A stretch of 42,793 bases of DNA from a virus (IMGVR_UViG_3300005077_000629:1-42793), one strand, 5' to 3'; numbered from the stretch's first letter, positions 34,563-42,057 are shown. Translations and numbers: made by a program. Notes: generated by a model not told the origin, from the letters alone.

Positions 34563-34817
34563 TTACAGGCGAACCTTCCGTTCGTCCCAGGTGCAATGCC
34601 AACAGTGATACAACCCGTTCACTGCACCCAGTCGGTGACCGCACACCGGGCACCATCCATTTGAAACCAGCTTTTCCAACCGCCGGTCACGCTTCCTGGA
34701 AGCTATCCGCTTGCATGCACTACACTTGTAATAAGTCCAAACCGTGTTGTGCTGCGGATCATAAACTGTGTGACGGTGCATTGCACCGCCACACTTTGAA
34801 CACGTCTGCTTCTTCAT
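34563..34817 (-). CDS. Double zinc-ribbon protein
   Basis: Four CxxC pairs (CSKC, CSAC, CPVC, CWHC); GAGGAG RBS; ATGA overlap. Confidence 0.7.
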   Translation of the reverse strand: MKKQTCSKCGGAMHRHTVYDPQHNTVWTYYKCSACKRIASRKRDRRLEKLVSNGWCPVCGHRLGAVNGLYHCWHCTWDERKVRL

Positions 34818-35035
34818 ATCTCCTCACAAATGCAGTCGATTGCCCCGCACCTGGGGCAACGTCCGGCTGCTATCAGGATTTCACCAGACCGCTGCATAAC
34901 AGAACCCATCACATTCAGGTTGCCGTTCTGCGTCAGACAGATTATCCCGGTCCCGTTGGAATATTCCCGGCAAGCATCACGAAAAGCGTCTACGTTTGCC
35001 TTCAAGATTTCTTCCATTGTCTCGCTCATGTTCAC
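34814..35035 (-). CDS. Hypothetical protein with C-terminal Cys cluster
   Basis: GGAGG RBS, overlapping start/stop, CPRCG...CIC. Confidence 0.65.
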   Translation of the reverse strand: MNMSETMEEILKANVDAFRDACREYSNGTGIICLTQNGNLNVMGSVMQRSGEILIAAGRCPRCGAIDCICEEI

Positions 35036-35460
35036 TTCACCTCCATCAAGTAGGTTCGTGCCCGTTCAAGATGGGCTGCAGCGGAAACCAGGTGCCCTTC
35101 TTTCATTCCAAAGTAGTTATTCCTGGCAATAAGAACCCTGAGCAGTTCAATCATTTCATACAATTCGCTCAGCGGTGCTGCAATGTCATCGCTGACCTGC
35201 TTCCTGGACATTTGAACAGCACGGTTCCACAGATATTCGATCTCAGCTTCCAGACACTCAGTATTCGTCAGGTCTGAAGGGACCAAGCCGACTTCTCCGA
35301 ACCACCGTGCCATTCCCAGAGCTTCACCAGCACGAACCAACCCGATCATTTCAGACCCCGTGAGACCATCGATGTCGTGGAATGTCTGGTGCGTGCAATA
35401 GTAAATGACTTTGCACGCCTGGTATTCACGCTGCGCAAGAGTATTTTCCTGGTCCATCAC
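35032..35460 (-). CDS. Hypothetical protein
   Basis: AAGGAG RBS; coupled on both sides. Confidence 0.7.
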   Translation of the reverse strand: MMDQENTLAQREYQACKVIYYCTHQTFHDIDGLTGSEMIGLVRAGEALGMARWFGEVGLVPSDLTNTECLEAEIEYLWNRAVQMSRKQVSDDIAAPLSELYEMIELLRVLIARNNYFGMKEGHLVSAAAHLERARTYLMEVK

Positions 35461-35612
35461 TTGTTCTCCTTTATCAGTAGTCTAGCCTTTAGTGTAGCCA
35501 ACGCTGTCACCTTGTCCTGGTCCCGTAGTATTGCCATCGTCCGGGCATATCCATACTTCACAAGCAGGTGGTTCACAACAACTTTCCTCGCCTCGTTCGT
35601 TTTCATTCTCAT
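35457..35612 (-). CDS. Small basic hypothetical protein (51 aa; not in ORF track)
   Basis: AAAGGAG RBS then ATG 35612; MRMKTNEARKVVVNHLLVKYGYARTMAILRDQDKVTALATLKARLLIKENK; stop overlaps the next start; first gene after a strong promoter. Confidence 0.7.
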   Translation of the reverse strand: MRMKTNEARKVVVNHLLVKYGYARTMAILRDQDKVTALATLKARLLIKENK

Positions 35613-35636
35613 TTATGCTCCGCTCCTTTCATTACA

Positions 35637-35666
35637 AGTATACACGCCTATGCACATAATTGTCAA
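35637..35666 (-). promoter_or_regulatory. Strong sigma70 promoter
   Basis: Minus strand TTGACA-N18-TATACT directly downstream of a terminator. Confidence 0.8.
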
Positions 35667-35697
35667 CAAACAAAAGGCCGGGCAATGTGCCCGGCCT
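35667..35697 (-). terminator. Intrinsic terminator of the recombination operon
   Basis: GGCCGGGCA-CAT-TGCCCGGCC followed by TTTTGTTTG on the minus strand. Confidence 0.85.
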
Positions 35698-35717
35698 GGT
35701 CGTGCGCAGCGTTCCCG

Positions 35718-35918
35718 TCAATGCCAGCAGTCAAACTTCCATTCATCACCGTAAAACGCAGCAGCACAGTGATTGCTTTCGCATATCTGCAGTGCCCCGG
35801 ACGCATTAAATTCACATCCAATCCCAGGTGCCTGCAGTGAATGAATGGAAGCAGCAAGCAGCAGCGCAAAAAAGAGCAGCAGCACAACCGTGAGTAATGC
35901 CTTATTGAAGTTCCCCAT
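35718..35918 (-). CDS. Small membrane-anchored/exported Cys-containing protein
   Basis: GAGGA RBS, hydrophobic N-terminus (ALLTVVLLLFFALLLAA), four Cys in a ~40-aa tail. Confidence 0.65.
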   Translation of the reverse strand: MGNFNKALLTVVLLLFFALLLAASIHSLQAPGIGCEFNASGALQICESNHCAAAFYGDEWKFDCWH

Positions 35919-35933
35919 GTTCTTTCCTCTCTT

Positions 35934-36491
35934 TCAGAATGGTGGTTCGTCGTAAACCGTTTCAGGTGCAATGTCCAGGACAGACTTGTAAGGACCAACT
36001 ACCTGGTTAATGCGTGTTCTTATGACGTTGACGGCTTCGGGATCGTCAGGGTCAAACAACAGTGCTTCACTCGCATAATCCGGCATTGGATCACCGATCA
36101 TCTTCAGTGTTACTGACGGATCGACCGCCGTTGTTTTCGCAAGCGGCTGGATCAACGGGCGCAAACTTTCATTCTTCGCCAGGAAATTCTCAACCGCCTG
36201 TGGAGAATATGAAACCCGTTCGTACCCGCTTCTGTATGTTACCTGGAAACCGTGCCCTTCATACTTGCTTTCGCAAATAAGAACATGAAGTTTAAGTTCT
36301 TCTTCCAGCATGGAAATCCGCTTGTCATGTTCTGCAGCAGCCTGCTTCAGTTCTTCCCGTGCGACATCCAGTTGAGCCTGCAGCCGGTCAATCTTCTGCT
36401 GCACGTTCTGGACCAGGCCATCTCGCAGCCTGGCTGCATGTGCGTTCATGAGCAGGATTGCCAGCTTATCAAGATCAGTGTACTCAGTCAT
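35934..36491 (-). CDS. Coiled-coil protein, Gam/Gp157-like candidate
   Basis: Long coiled coil followed by a short beta region (GFQVTYRSG), ending in an SSB-like acidic tail YDEPPF; lies in the recombination operon. Confidence 0.5.
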   Translation of the reverse strand: MTEYTDLDKLAILLMNAHAARLRDGLVQNVQQKIDRLQAQLDVAREELKQAAAEHDKRISMLEEELKLHVLICESKYEGHGFQVTYRSGYERVSYSPQAVENFLAKNESLRPLIQPLAKTTAVDPSVTLKMIGDPMPDYASEALLFDPDDPEAVNVIRTRINQVVGPYKSVLDIAPETVYDEPPF

Positions 36492-36506
36492 CGTTCCTCT
36501 CTCCTT

Positions 36507-36884
36507 TTATTCAGCATATTCGTAAATCACAAGTGCTACCTGTCCCCGGTGCATGCTGTACGTGTACTTATTTGCGGTAACATCGGGCAATCTCTTTCCA
36601 AACGGGTTGTTTCGTCTCACCTGCTCAACGTTTATATAATCGCTGCCGGTAAGTGAATACAGCCGTTGCAGTTCTGCTGCCCGCATCTTGCGCAAGATAC
36701 CATACTCAATCTTGCCTTCCTGCAAGTCAACACGATAGAACAGGAACGCTTCCCCCAGGGCTTCATCAATAAGCTCGATGTTGCTGCCAACTGCTGCCGC
36801 CCTGGACGTGAACAGTGCATACCTGGCGCATGCCGCAAGCGCATTTGTCTTTATTGCTTTTACTTCTTCCATGTGTCCGCTCAT
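36507..36884 (-). CDS. Hypothetical protein
   Basis: GGAGG RBS; ATGA overlap with the upstream gene. Confidence 0.65.
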   Translation of the reverse strand: MSGHMEEVKAIKTNALAACARYALFTSRAAAVGSNIELIDEALGEAFLFYRVDLQEGKIEYGILRKMRAAELQRLYSLTGSDYINVEQVRRNNPFGKRLPDVTANKYTYSMHRGQVALVIYEYAE

Positions 36885-37093
36885 TTGTCACAGTCCTCCA
36901 CCATGCGAATGATAGAACCAGGCAACATGCTTTCAACATCGGCTGTCGTAAACCCGCCCGGACGCTCAATGGTATATACACTCTTTGCCGTTGCCACCAG
37001 CAGCCTGCCACCTTCAATCACTGTGCACGATACTATCTGGTCAACGTGGATATACCGATTGCCGAACTTTATCCAGTCGTGGTGTTTATCCAT
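36881..37093 (-). CDS. Hypothetical small beta protein
   Basis: GGAGG RBS; WIKFGNRYIHVDQI type small phage protein. Confidence 0.65.
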   Translation of the reverse strand: MDKHHDWIKFGNRYIHVDQIVSCTVIEGGRLLVATAKSVYTIERPGGFTTADVESMLPGSIIRMVEDCDK

Positions 37094-37479
37094 CTTTGAT
37101 ACACCTCCCTTTCAGTATTCCTTATCTTCATGTCGAACAGCGGCGGCTTGTCTACGTCTGAAGGCCTCAGGATCAGCAGCACCATTCCAACTTCAGCAGC
37201 AATTGCTATCTTACGGTCCATGCTTTCCGCAGACCAGCTTCCTGGGTTCTTCTGAAAGTCAATAAGGTACGGTTCTCCAAACGGCGGCTGAACATACATG
37301 TCAAAGAACAGCAGCCCCTCGTCATCTGGCAATTCATACTCAAGCCCGACTTCCCTATACGGTTCCAGCCGTGCTTTCGCAATTGCTACCTCCAGGGAAG
37401 GATAGTCCCGGCGTTCCTGTGCAAGCTGCCGGGCACGTGCTCTACCCCCCCGCTGTTGCGCCGTCATCTGCTCCGTCAT
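37069..37479 (-). CDS. DUF559-like restriction-endonuclease-fold protein
   Basis: PSLE...EYEL...FFDMY...YLIDFQ...DRK...GMVLLIL pattern; GGAG RBS; directly after the annealase. Confidence 0.5.
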   Translation of the reverse strand: MTEQMTAQQRGGRARARQLAQERRDYPSLEVAIAKARLEPYREVGLEYELPDDEGLLFFDMYVQPPFGEPYLIDFQKNPGSWSAESMDRKIAIAAEVGMVLLILRPSDVDKPPLFDMKIRNTEREVYQRWINTTTG

Positions 37480-38692
37480 CGCTCCACTCCCCTTCCATTA
37501 TGGTCTGCTGCAGCGGTTCGCTGCGCAATCTCTGAACCTCAACAATCTTTCGCAGTTCTGTCGCACTGTCCTTGTTTATCACGTATGCACCGCCGCTGTC
37601 CTGGGTCATGTTCAGGTACCTTGTAAGCGCAAGCACCTGGGGAACATCCAGGTTAGAACGCTTCGTTGTGCCGAACAGATAATCCAGCAGAAGGTTTACG
37701 TTATCCTCCACCAGTTCTGATCCTGGCCACAGCTCTTTGATTGCTCCGATACCAGCATCCAATGCCACTTCATAATCACCAACGGCGACCGTGACGGTAC
37801 CGTTATCCACCTTTTCCTGGTACTCTTTGCGGATTTTTTCGATGCCTTCCTTCACCTGTTCAGGCTGGTATGGCCGGACCTTGTTCGGTGCGCTGCTCTT
37901 GCCTGCATTTGTATCACTCCCATACAATGCGTTTACACCAGCCTGGAACCTGCTTTCCACTTCCTCAGCCGAAACGTTTACGACATCCAATTCATCCCAT
38001 TCCCCGGCAATAATGTAGTCATCGGTAACAGCCGATGCTTCTCGCACCGGTGTTTCAGGATGGTATCGCTTGCGAATTGCCTGGATCAGGGCACGCTTCT
38101 CTGCAGCTTCCTTCATGTTCCACTTGGCCTTACCGGTGAACTTCCACTGTTCACCTTTGCGGATTATGCCGACCCCAGTTACTACCGGCATGCTGCCGAT
38201 GGTTTCGACAATCGCATCATGATCAAGTCCAAGCTCTTTCATGTCCCGGTAATCACGCTTCCAATTCTCAATGTCCTGCTGATCCCGGACCGTGGCCAGA
38301 ACAGTGTAATCACCTGTGTCTGCTCCATACCTGGCGGCTTCGGTCGGGTCCGTAACGATCCTGCTTTCCCATCGAAATGCAGAACCAATGCTCCGGGCGT
38401 GTTCTTCTGCCTTCCTCAGTTCTCCATCCCGCCCCTTGTGCAGGCTCAGCGTCCGCTTTCCTTCTCGATCAACATTCACCCAGGCGTGCAGTTCCCCCAT
38501 GAATGGATCAAGATCGTAGGCTACGGCTACCTGGGCAAACAGCAGAAGTTCCTGCATGTTCATGCGGGTATCACCTCTGTCTGTTGCCTGCAGCCGTTCT
38601 GCCAGGGCACGCACAGTTTTAGCGTCCTGGTATCTCGCCAAACTGTGCCCGGAAGTCGTGTGCTCCCGGTACTTCACCAATTCATTGCTCAT
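37442..38692 (-). CDS. RecT/Bet-like single-strand annealing protein
   Basis: ELLLFAQVAVAYDLDPFMGELHAW, KGRDG and AEKRALIQAIRKRY match the Bet/RecT core. Start reassigned to MSNELV at 38692 behind GGAGGA. Confidence 0.75.
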   Translation of the reverse strand: MSNELVKYREHTTSGHSLARYQDAKTVRALAERLQATDRGDTRMNMQELLLFAQVAVAYDLDPFMGELHAWVNVDREGKRTLSLHKGRDGELRKAEEHARSIGSAFRWESRIVTDPTEAARYGADTGDYTVLATVRDQQDIENWKRDYRDMKELGLDHDAIVETIGSMPVVTGVGIIRKGEQWKFTGKAKWNMKEAAEKRALIQAIRKRYHPETPVREASAVTDDYIIAGEWDELDVVNVSAEEVESRFQAGVNALYGSDTNAGKSSAPNKVRPYQPEQVKEGIEKIRKEYQEKVDNGTVTVAVGDYEVALDAGIGAIKELWPGSELVEDNVNLLLDYLFGTTKRSNLDVPQVLALTRYLNMTQDSGGAYVINKDSATELRKIVEVQRLRSEPLQQTIMEGEWSDDGADDGATAGG

Positions 38693-38706
38693 GGTTTCCT
38701 CCATTG

Positions 38707-38771
38707 CGACCTGCTTCATCAGCGGGCAGGCGGTCAGTCCTGCCCGTACCGGGAGCAATCCCGGTTTCAGC
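38707..38771 (-). ncRNA. Type II hammerhead ribozyme with loop I pseudoknot
   Basis: Minus strand GCU-GAA-ACCGGGA(UUGC)UCCCGGU-A^-CGGGCAGG(ACUGACCG)CCUGCCCG-CUGAUGA-AGC-A-GGUCG. It has the full core (CUGAUGA, GAAA, GUA), a 7-bp stem III, 8-bp stem I, 3-bp stem II and UGACC/GGUCG pairing. Confidence 0.92.
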
Positions 38772-38774
38772 TAC

Positions 38775-39011
38775 CTACATGACCTGTTCGCCCCAGTCGT
38801 ATACGGCGACAATCTGATTATCATCAATCATATTGAAGTCCAGGTCCTCAGAAGTACCTTCGTTGTACAGGTACTCCGTTTTCCCGGCCTCTGCATCGTA
38901 CTCCGTCAACCGGTACACATAGGCGAAATCCCTGAGCTTCTCGCTGCGCCGCTGCGCCGCTGCTGCAGCATCCTTCAGATTGTAATAGTCACCTTCAGCA
39001 CTTTTTTTCAC
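38775..39011 (-). CDS. Small acidic hypothetical protein, first gene of the leftward early operon
   Basis: Start reassigned to GTG 39011 behind GAGGAGG; 78 aa (MKKSAEGDYYN...WGEQVM). Confidence 0.7.
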   Translation of the reverse strand: MKKSAEGDYYNLKDAAAAAQRRSEKLRDFAYVYRLTEYDAEAGKTEYLYNEGTSEDLDFNMIDDNQIVAVYDWGEQVM

Positions 39012-39044
39012 CAGTATCCTCCTCTTGAATGTATTGTTTCCTTC

Positions 39045-39073
39045 ATTATATATCGGTCTACTTGCGTAGTCAA
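39045..39073 (-). promoter_or_regulatory. Strong sigma70 leftward early promoter
   Basis: Minus strand TTGACT-N17-TATAAT. Confidence 0.85.
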
Positions 39074-39162
39074 CTACCAAGCTAGGTGTATTCTACTCTA
39101 TGCGCCTATGTAATATGCTTGTACCAGCAGTGCGGAAAAACTTGTTTTGAAAGGGACATTCA

Positions 39163-39366
39163 ATGAATAAGGTATCCATCGTATTGGAAGAACACCTGAA
39201 AGCCAGGGGCATGAGCATACTGCAGCTTGCTGAAGATACCGGGCGCACCTACGGGTCAGTTCACAGCATCGTTCGCAACCGTGTATCAAGGCTGGACCTT
39301 GATGTCCTGGCAGACATCTGTGTTGCGCTCGGGCTGCAGCCTGGTGATGTGCTGCACCTCAATTAG
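39163..39366 (+). CDS. Cro/C1-type (XRE, HTH_26-like) regulator
   Basis: LKARGMSILQLAEDTG...LDVLADICVALGLQPGDVL pattern; divergent from the early leftward promoter. Confidence 0.88.
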   Translation: MNKVSIVLEEHLKARGMSILQLAEDTGRTYGSVHSIVRNRVSRLDLDVLADICVALGLQPGDVLHLN

Positions 39367-39373
39367 GCGGGGC

Positions 39374-39452
39374 CGCCTGGGGGGACGGATCGTTCATGGT
39401 TTCGTCATCCAACGGTGTATGGTCCCGCATTATTGGACCGTTCCCCCAGGCG
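39374..39452 (+). ncRNA. Candidate structured RNA (three-way junction) of unknown class
   Basis: 13-bp closing stem CGCCUGGGGGGAC/GUUCCCCCAGGCG enclosing two hairpins; the non-Watson-Crick pairs are G-U on the plus strand. Confidence 0.45.
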
Positions 39453-39466
39453 TTATAGGATAAAAC

Positions 39467-39664
39467 ATGTCAGTAGTCATCGGTAAGGCAAACATAAGCG
39501 GTAAAAGGATCCGCGTTATCGCATGGACACCAGAACCGCAGCAGCAGGACAGGGTTTATCTCTATTATCTGCTGCGCCTGCTGTATATTGGAGGGTACAT
39601 TTCAAAGGATGGCACCTATGAAAAAGACCTGGATAAAGATAAGGTCCGGTCTACTTACGGCTGA
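39467..39664 (+). CDS. Hypothetical protein
   Basis: AGGA RBS; 65 aa; overlaps the start of the initiator gene. Confidence 0.55.
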   Translation: MSVVIGKANISGKRIRVIAWTPEPQQQDRVYLYYLLRLLYIGGYISKDGTYEKDLDKDKVRSTYG

Positions 39665-40337
39665 ACACAAAGCCAGGATAGAAAACAACCTCTGGTTATA
39701 CCTTCACATTATTGACCGTGCCGACTGGGAAACAGGAAAGATATTCGAGTGGAATGATCGTGACGCTGCCGATCATTTTACTGTTTCCATTCATACGATC
39801 AGGAAACAAAGACGTGCCCTGGAAGCAGAAGGATACATCAGCAGCCTGCTCCGTCCGCACTGCCTGGAAATCACAGTCCATAATTGGATTGACCCAAGAC
39901 GATACGATCAACACGTACTGAATGAACGTGAGGGGGGGGGGCCAGAAATGGTCACCCATGAATCTGATGCAGGGGGTGATACAGAATGGTCACCGGGGGT
40001 GACCATGGATGGTCACCGGGGTGATACAGTGGTCGATAACGACATGGTCACCCTTACCATTAGAGTCACAGAACACATCAAACAAGAATTGATTAATATC
40101 TTTTACACAACTCATGGACGTGCCTTCACTGATACCTGGATACGTGACAATGAAATGTACTTTGCCAAGAATGTTTGTTTCGTCCAGGTATCAAACACCG
40201 TTGCAATGCGGCGTATCCAGGAAGTGCGGCGTGAACTTGAAGATGGTCTGGAAAAGATCACGGGATCAAAGTGTGAAGCCATCATAACCACAGAGTCACA
40301 GGAGGAAATATTCCAATGGATAAAGACACATACATAA
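39618..40337 (+). CDS. Replication initiator (N-terminal winged-HTH; C-terminal DnaA domain I-like)
   Basis: TWIKI...LWLYLHII...TIRKQRRALEAEGYI, iterons within the gene, and a C-terminal FTDTWI...VQVSN...LEKITG. The start could also be 39609. Confidence 0.78.
   Translation: MKKTWIKIRSGLLTAEHKARIENNLWLYLHIIDRADWETGKIFEWNDRDAADHFTVSIHTIRKQRRALEAEGYISSLLRPHCLEITVHNWIDPRRYDQHVLNEREGGGPEMVTHESDAGGDTEWSPGVTMDGHRGDTVVDNDMVTLTIRVTEHIKQELINIFYTTHGRAFTDTWIRDNEMYFAKNVCFVQVSNTVAMRRIQEVRRELEDGLEKITGSKCEAIITTESQEEIFQWIKTHT
39948..40052. repeat. Iterons / probable replication origin
   Basis: ATGGTCACC at 39948, 39986, 40009 and 40044, an inverted copy at 39998-40006, and GGGGTGATACAG at 39973 and 40018. 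Confidence 0.8.
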
Positions 40338-40819
40338 AGCCAACGTTCCGGCTGCCGGATCAGCAGGAAATAGAGAAGGCACAGTATAGCCTGTCCCTGG
40401 AAAATAAGCTGCTGCGGGCAAAGATAAAGGAACTGGAAGCTGAAAGAGGCATGCTGCTTGCTGCGCTGCAGCCTACTGCCGACTTTGCTAGGCGCATCAT
40501 TGATGCAATTACAGTTGTATGGTCCGACACAGAGAACATTTCCCAGGGGAACATGACACCACTGAAGGTTGTCCAGCATGCTGAGAAAGCCCTGTTCGAT
40601 AGGACGTATGCACGCACCTGGTTGCGCCCGGAGATTACAGACCGCATGCTGGACCAGTTGCGCAATCTCACAGAAGCCAGTCAAAAAGCACTCGAACGCA
40701 GGAAGGAACAATCATGCGGACCAACAGAACAGCAGGGAATAAAGACCACCGCCCGGAAGAAAAGAAACACACAACATCGAAAGATCATGAAGCGGTTCTT
40801 GACAAGTATCAAGCGGTGA
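40316..40819 (+). CDS. Hypothetical coiled-coil protein
   Basis: AGGAGG RBS; overlaps the end of the initiator gene. Confidence 0.7.
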   Translation: MDKDTYIKPTFRLPDQQEIEKAQYSLSLENKLLRAKIKELEAERGMLLAALQPTADFARRIIDAITVVWSDTENISQGNMTPLKVVQHAEKALFDRTYARTWLRPEITDRMLDQLRNLTEASQKALERRKEQSCGPTEQQGIKTTARKKRNTQHRKIMKRFLTSIKR

Positions 40820-41112
40820 TCCTGGAAGAACAAATCATCATTGCTGCTGCATGGAAGTCTATCCTGCAGGCAGAGCAGCGCATCATGGAGGCTGAACATG
40901 AGTACAGAAAAGAACTCGTTGCAATCTACCGGGACGAAATCAGAACCGGTATCGAACAGAGAGAGGAAGTTTTCCCGGGAACAGGCAATCCCGATAGTGA
41001 ATTGTATGATAGATTGGCTGTCCTCTTGCACAGTAGCAGCGGCTCCGGCTGGCGCAATGCGGAGGTTCGGGGATTGGATTACATCCGTAGACATTGTTAC
41101 AGTACCGAATGA
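40714..41112 (+). CDS. Hypothetical protein
   Basis: AGGAAGGA RBS before ATG 40714; helical composition. Confidence 0.6.
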   Translation: MRTNRTAGNKDHRPEEKKHTTSKDHEAVLDKYQAVILEEQIIIAAAWKSILQAEQRIMEAEHEYRKELVAIYRDEIRTGIEQREEVFPGTGNPDSELYDRLAVLLHSSSGSGWRNAEVRGLDYIRRHCYSTE

Positions 41113-41620
41113 TTATCACGTCAGGGAAATCAGGAACCTGTTCAAAGAAGTCACACAAAGCATGCCGACATCAACCCTGATGGATCGTGCCCGTGATGCT
41201 TACTTCGGCAGGGATAACACCTGGGCTGCCCCGGACGACAAGTCTGACAGAACCCTTACCGCTAAGACGATTGTATTGAGGCATAGAAATACTGGCCTCT
41301 TGTTTGACATTCACCTGGCAGACAAAAGAACATTTGCCTATTGGATGCTGGTATGGACAGGACCAGCAGAGTTCAATAAGGCAATCATGACATTAGCACT
41401 TGAACGGGGGTACTTTTTCCAGGATGGATTGCTGCACGGGCACCCACGCCCAATAACATACGTATGCCAGGACCGTGAAGAATGTCCCTACATCCTGGAT
41501 TGTTACGATGATAATGATATTTTCAAGCACCTTGACTATCCATACCAACTGCCGTCAAAGAGAGACGGCGATAAGGCATGGCAATTTATACGTGCCGTAA
41601 GAGAAGGGCTCGATGGATAG
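41006..41620 (+). CDS. Hypothetical protein (start uncertain: 41006, 41057 or 41162)
   Basis: Open frame to TAG 41620 overlapping the next gene; the track's 40841 start overlaps the previous gene too much. Confidence 0.55.
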   Translation: MIDWLSSCTVAAAPAGAMRRFGDWITSVDIVTVPNDYHVREIRNLFKEVTQSMPTSTLMDRARDAYFGRDNTWAAPDDKSDRTLTAKTIVLRHRNTGLLFDIHLADKRTFAYWMLVWTGPAEFNKAIMTLALERGYFFQDGLLHGHPRPITYVCQDREECPYILDCYDDNDIFKHLDYPYQLPSKRDGDKAWQFIRAVREGLDG

Positions 41621-42029
41621 CAAGATCGTGATTGACGTACAGGACCTTGTGCTTACACCTATGTTGGTTGGCGTTCGGATTGTGACAAACAACATGTGCT
41701 TCACAGAAAAGATTGAGCAGCGCACATGGAAGGAACGGTTACTTACAATCCCCTGGCGACCTTTGATCAAAGAAAAGACCGTGTGTTACCCGGCTGCGTA
41801 TCTTATCCAGGAACCGGAATGTATGTCCGTATACTTTCCACGAATGACTGCACCGCCAGGACTTCAGAACAATTATGCCAGGCACAGCGGAACGACTATG
41901 CTTGTGTGTCACCCGTCCCTGGAAAAGGAAATAAAAGACCTCATGGGTCTGTCTCTTGCGGATATCAACCTGGCAAGACTTGAAAAATTGTACGGTTCTC
42001 CGCTTGGAGAAAAAGTAAATAGGGGATAA
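41613..42029 (+). CDS. Hypothetical protein
   Basis: Coupled to the previous gene; RTWKERLLTIPWRP-type phage motif. Confidence 0.65.
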   Translation: MDSKIVIDVQDLVLTPMLVGVRIVTNNMCFTEKIEQRTWKERLLTIPWRPLIKEKTVCYPAAYLIQEPECMSVYFPRMTAPPGLQNNYARHSGTTMLVCHPSLEKEIKDLMGLSLADINLARLEKLYGSPLGEKVNRG

Positions 42030-42057
42030 TCCTTGCCGGTCAGAAGGTGGTCAGAAA

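Noticed and set aside
38693-38758. ORF-track N-terminal extension of RecT (TTG 38758)
   Set aside because: It runs through the ribozyme; a GGAGGA RBS supports ATG 38692.
39374-39452. tRNA, twister or second hammerhead
   Set aside because: No TTCRA T-loop or 7-nt anticodon arm, and no complete twister or hammerhead core on either strand; kept only as an unclassified structure.
39948-40052. CRISPR-like mini-array
   Set aside because: The repeats are 9-12 bp, irregularly spaced, in mixed orientation and inside the initiator gene, which fits iterons.
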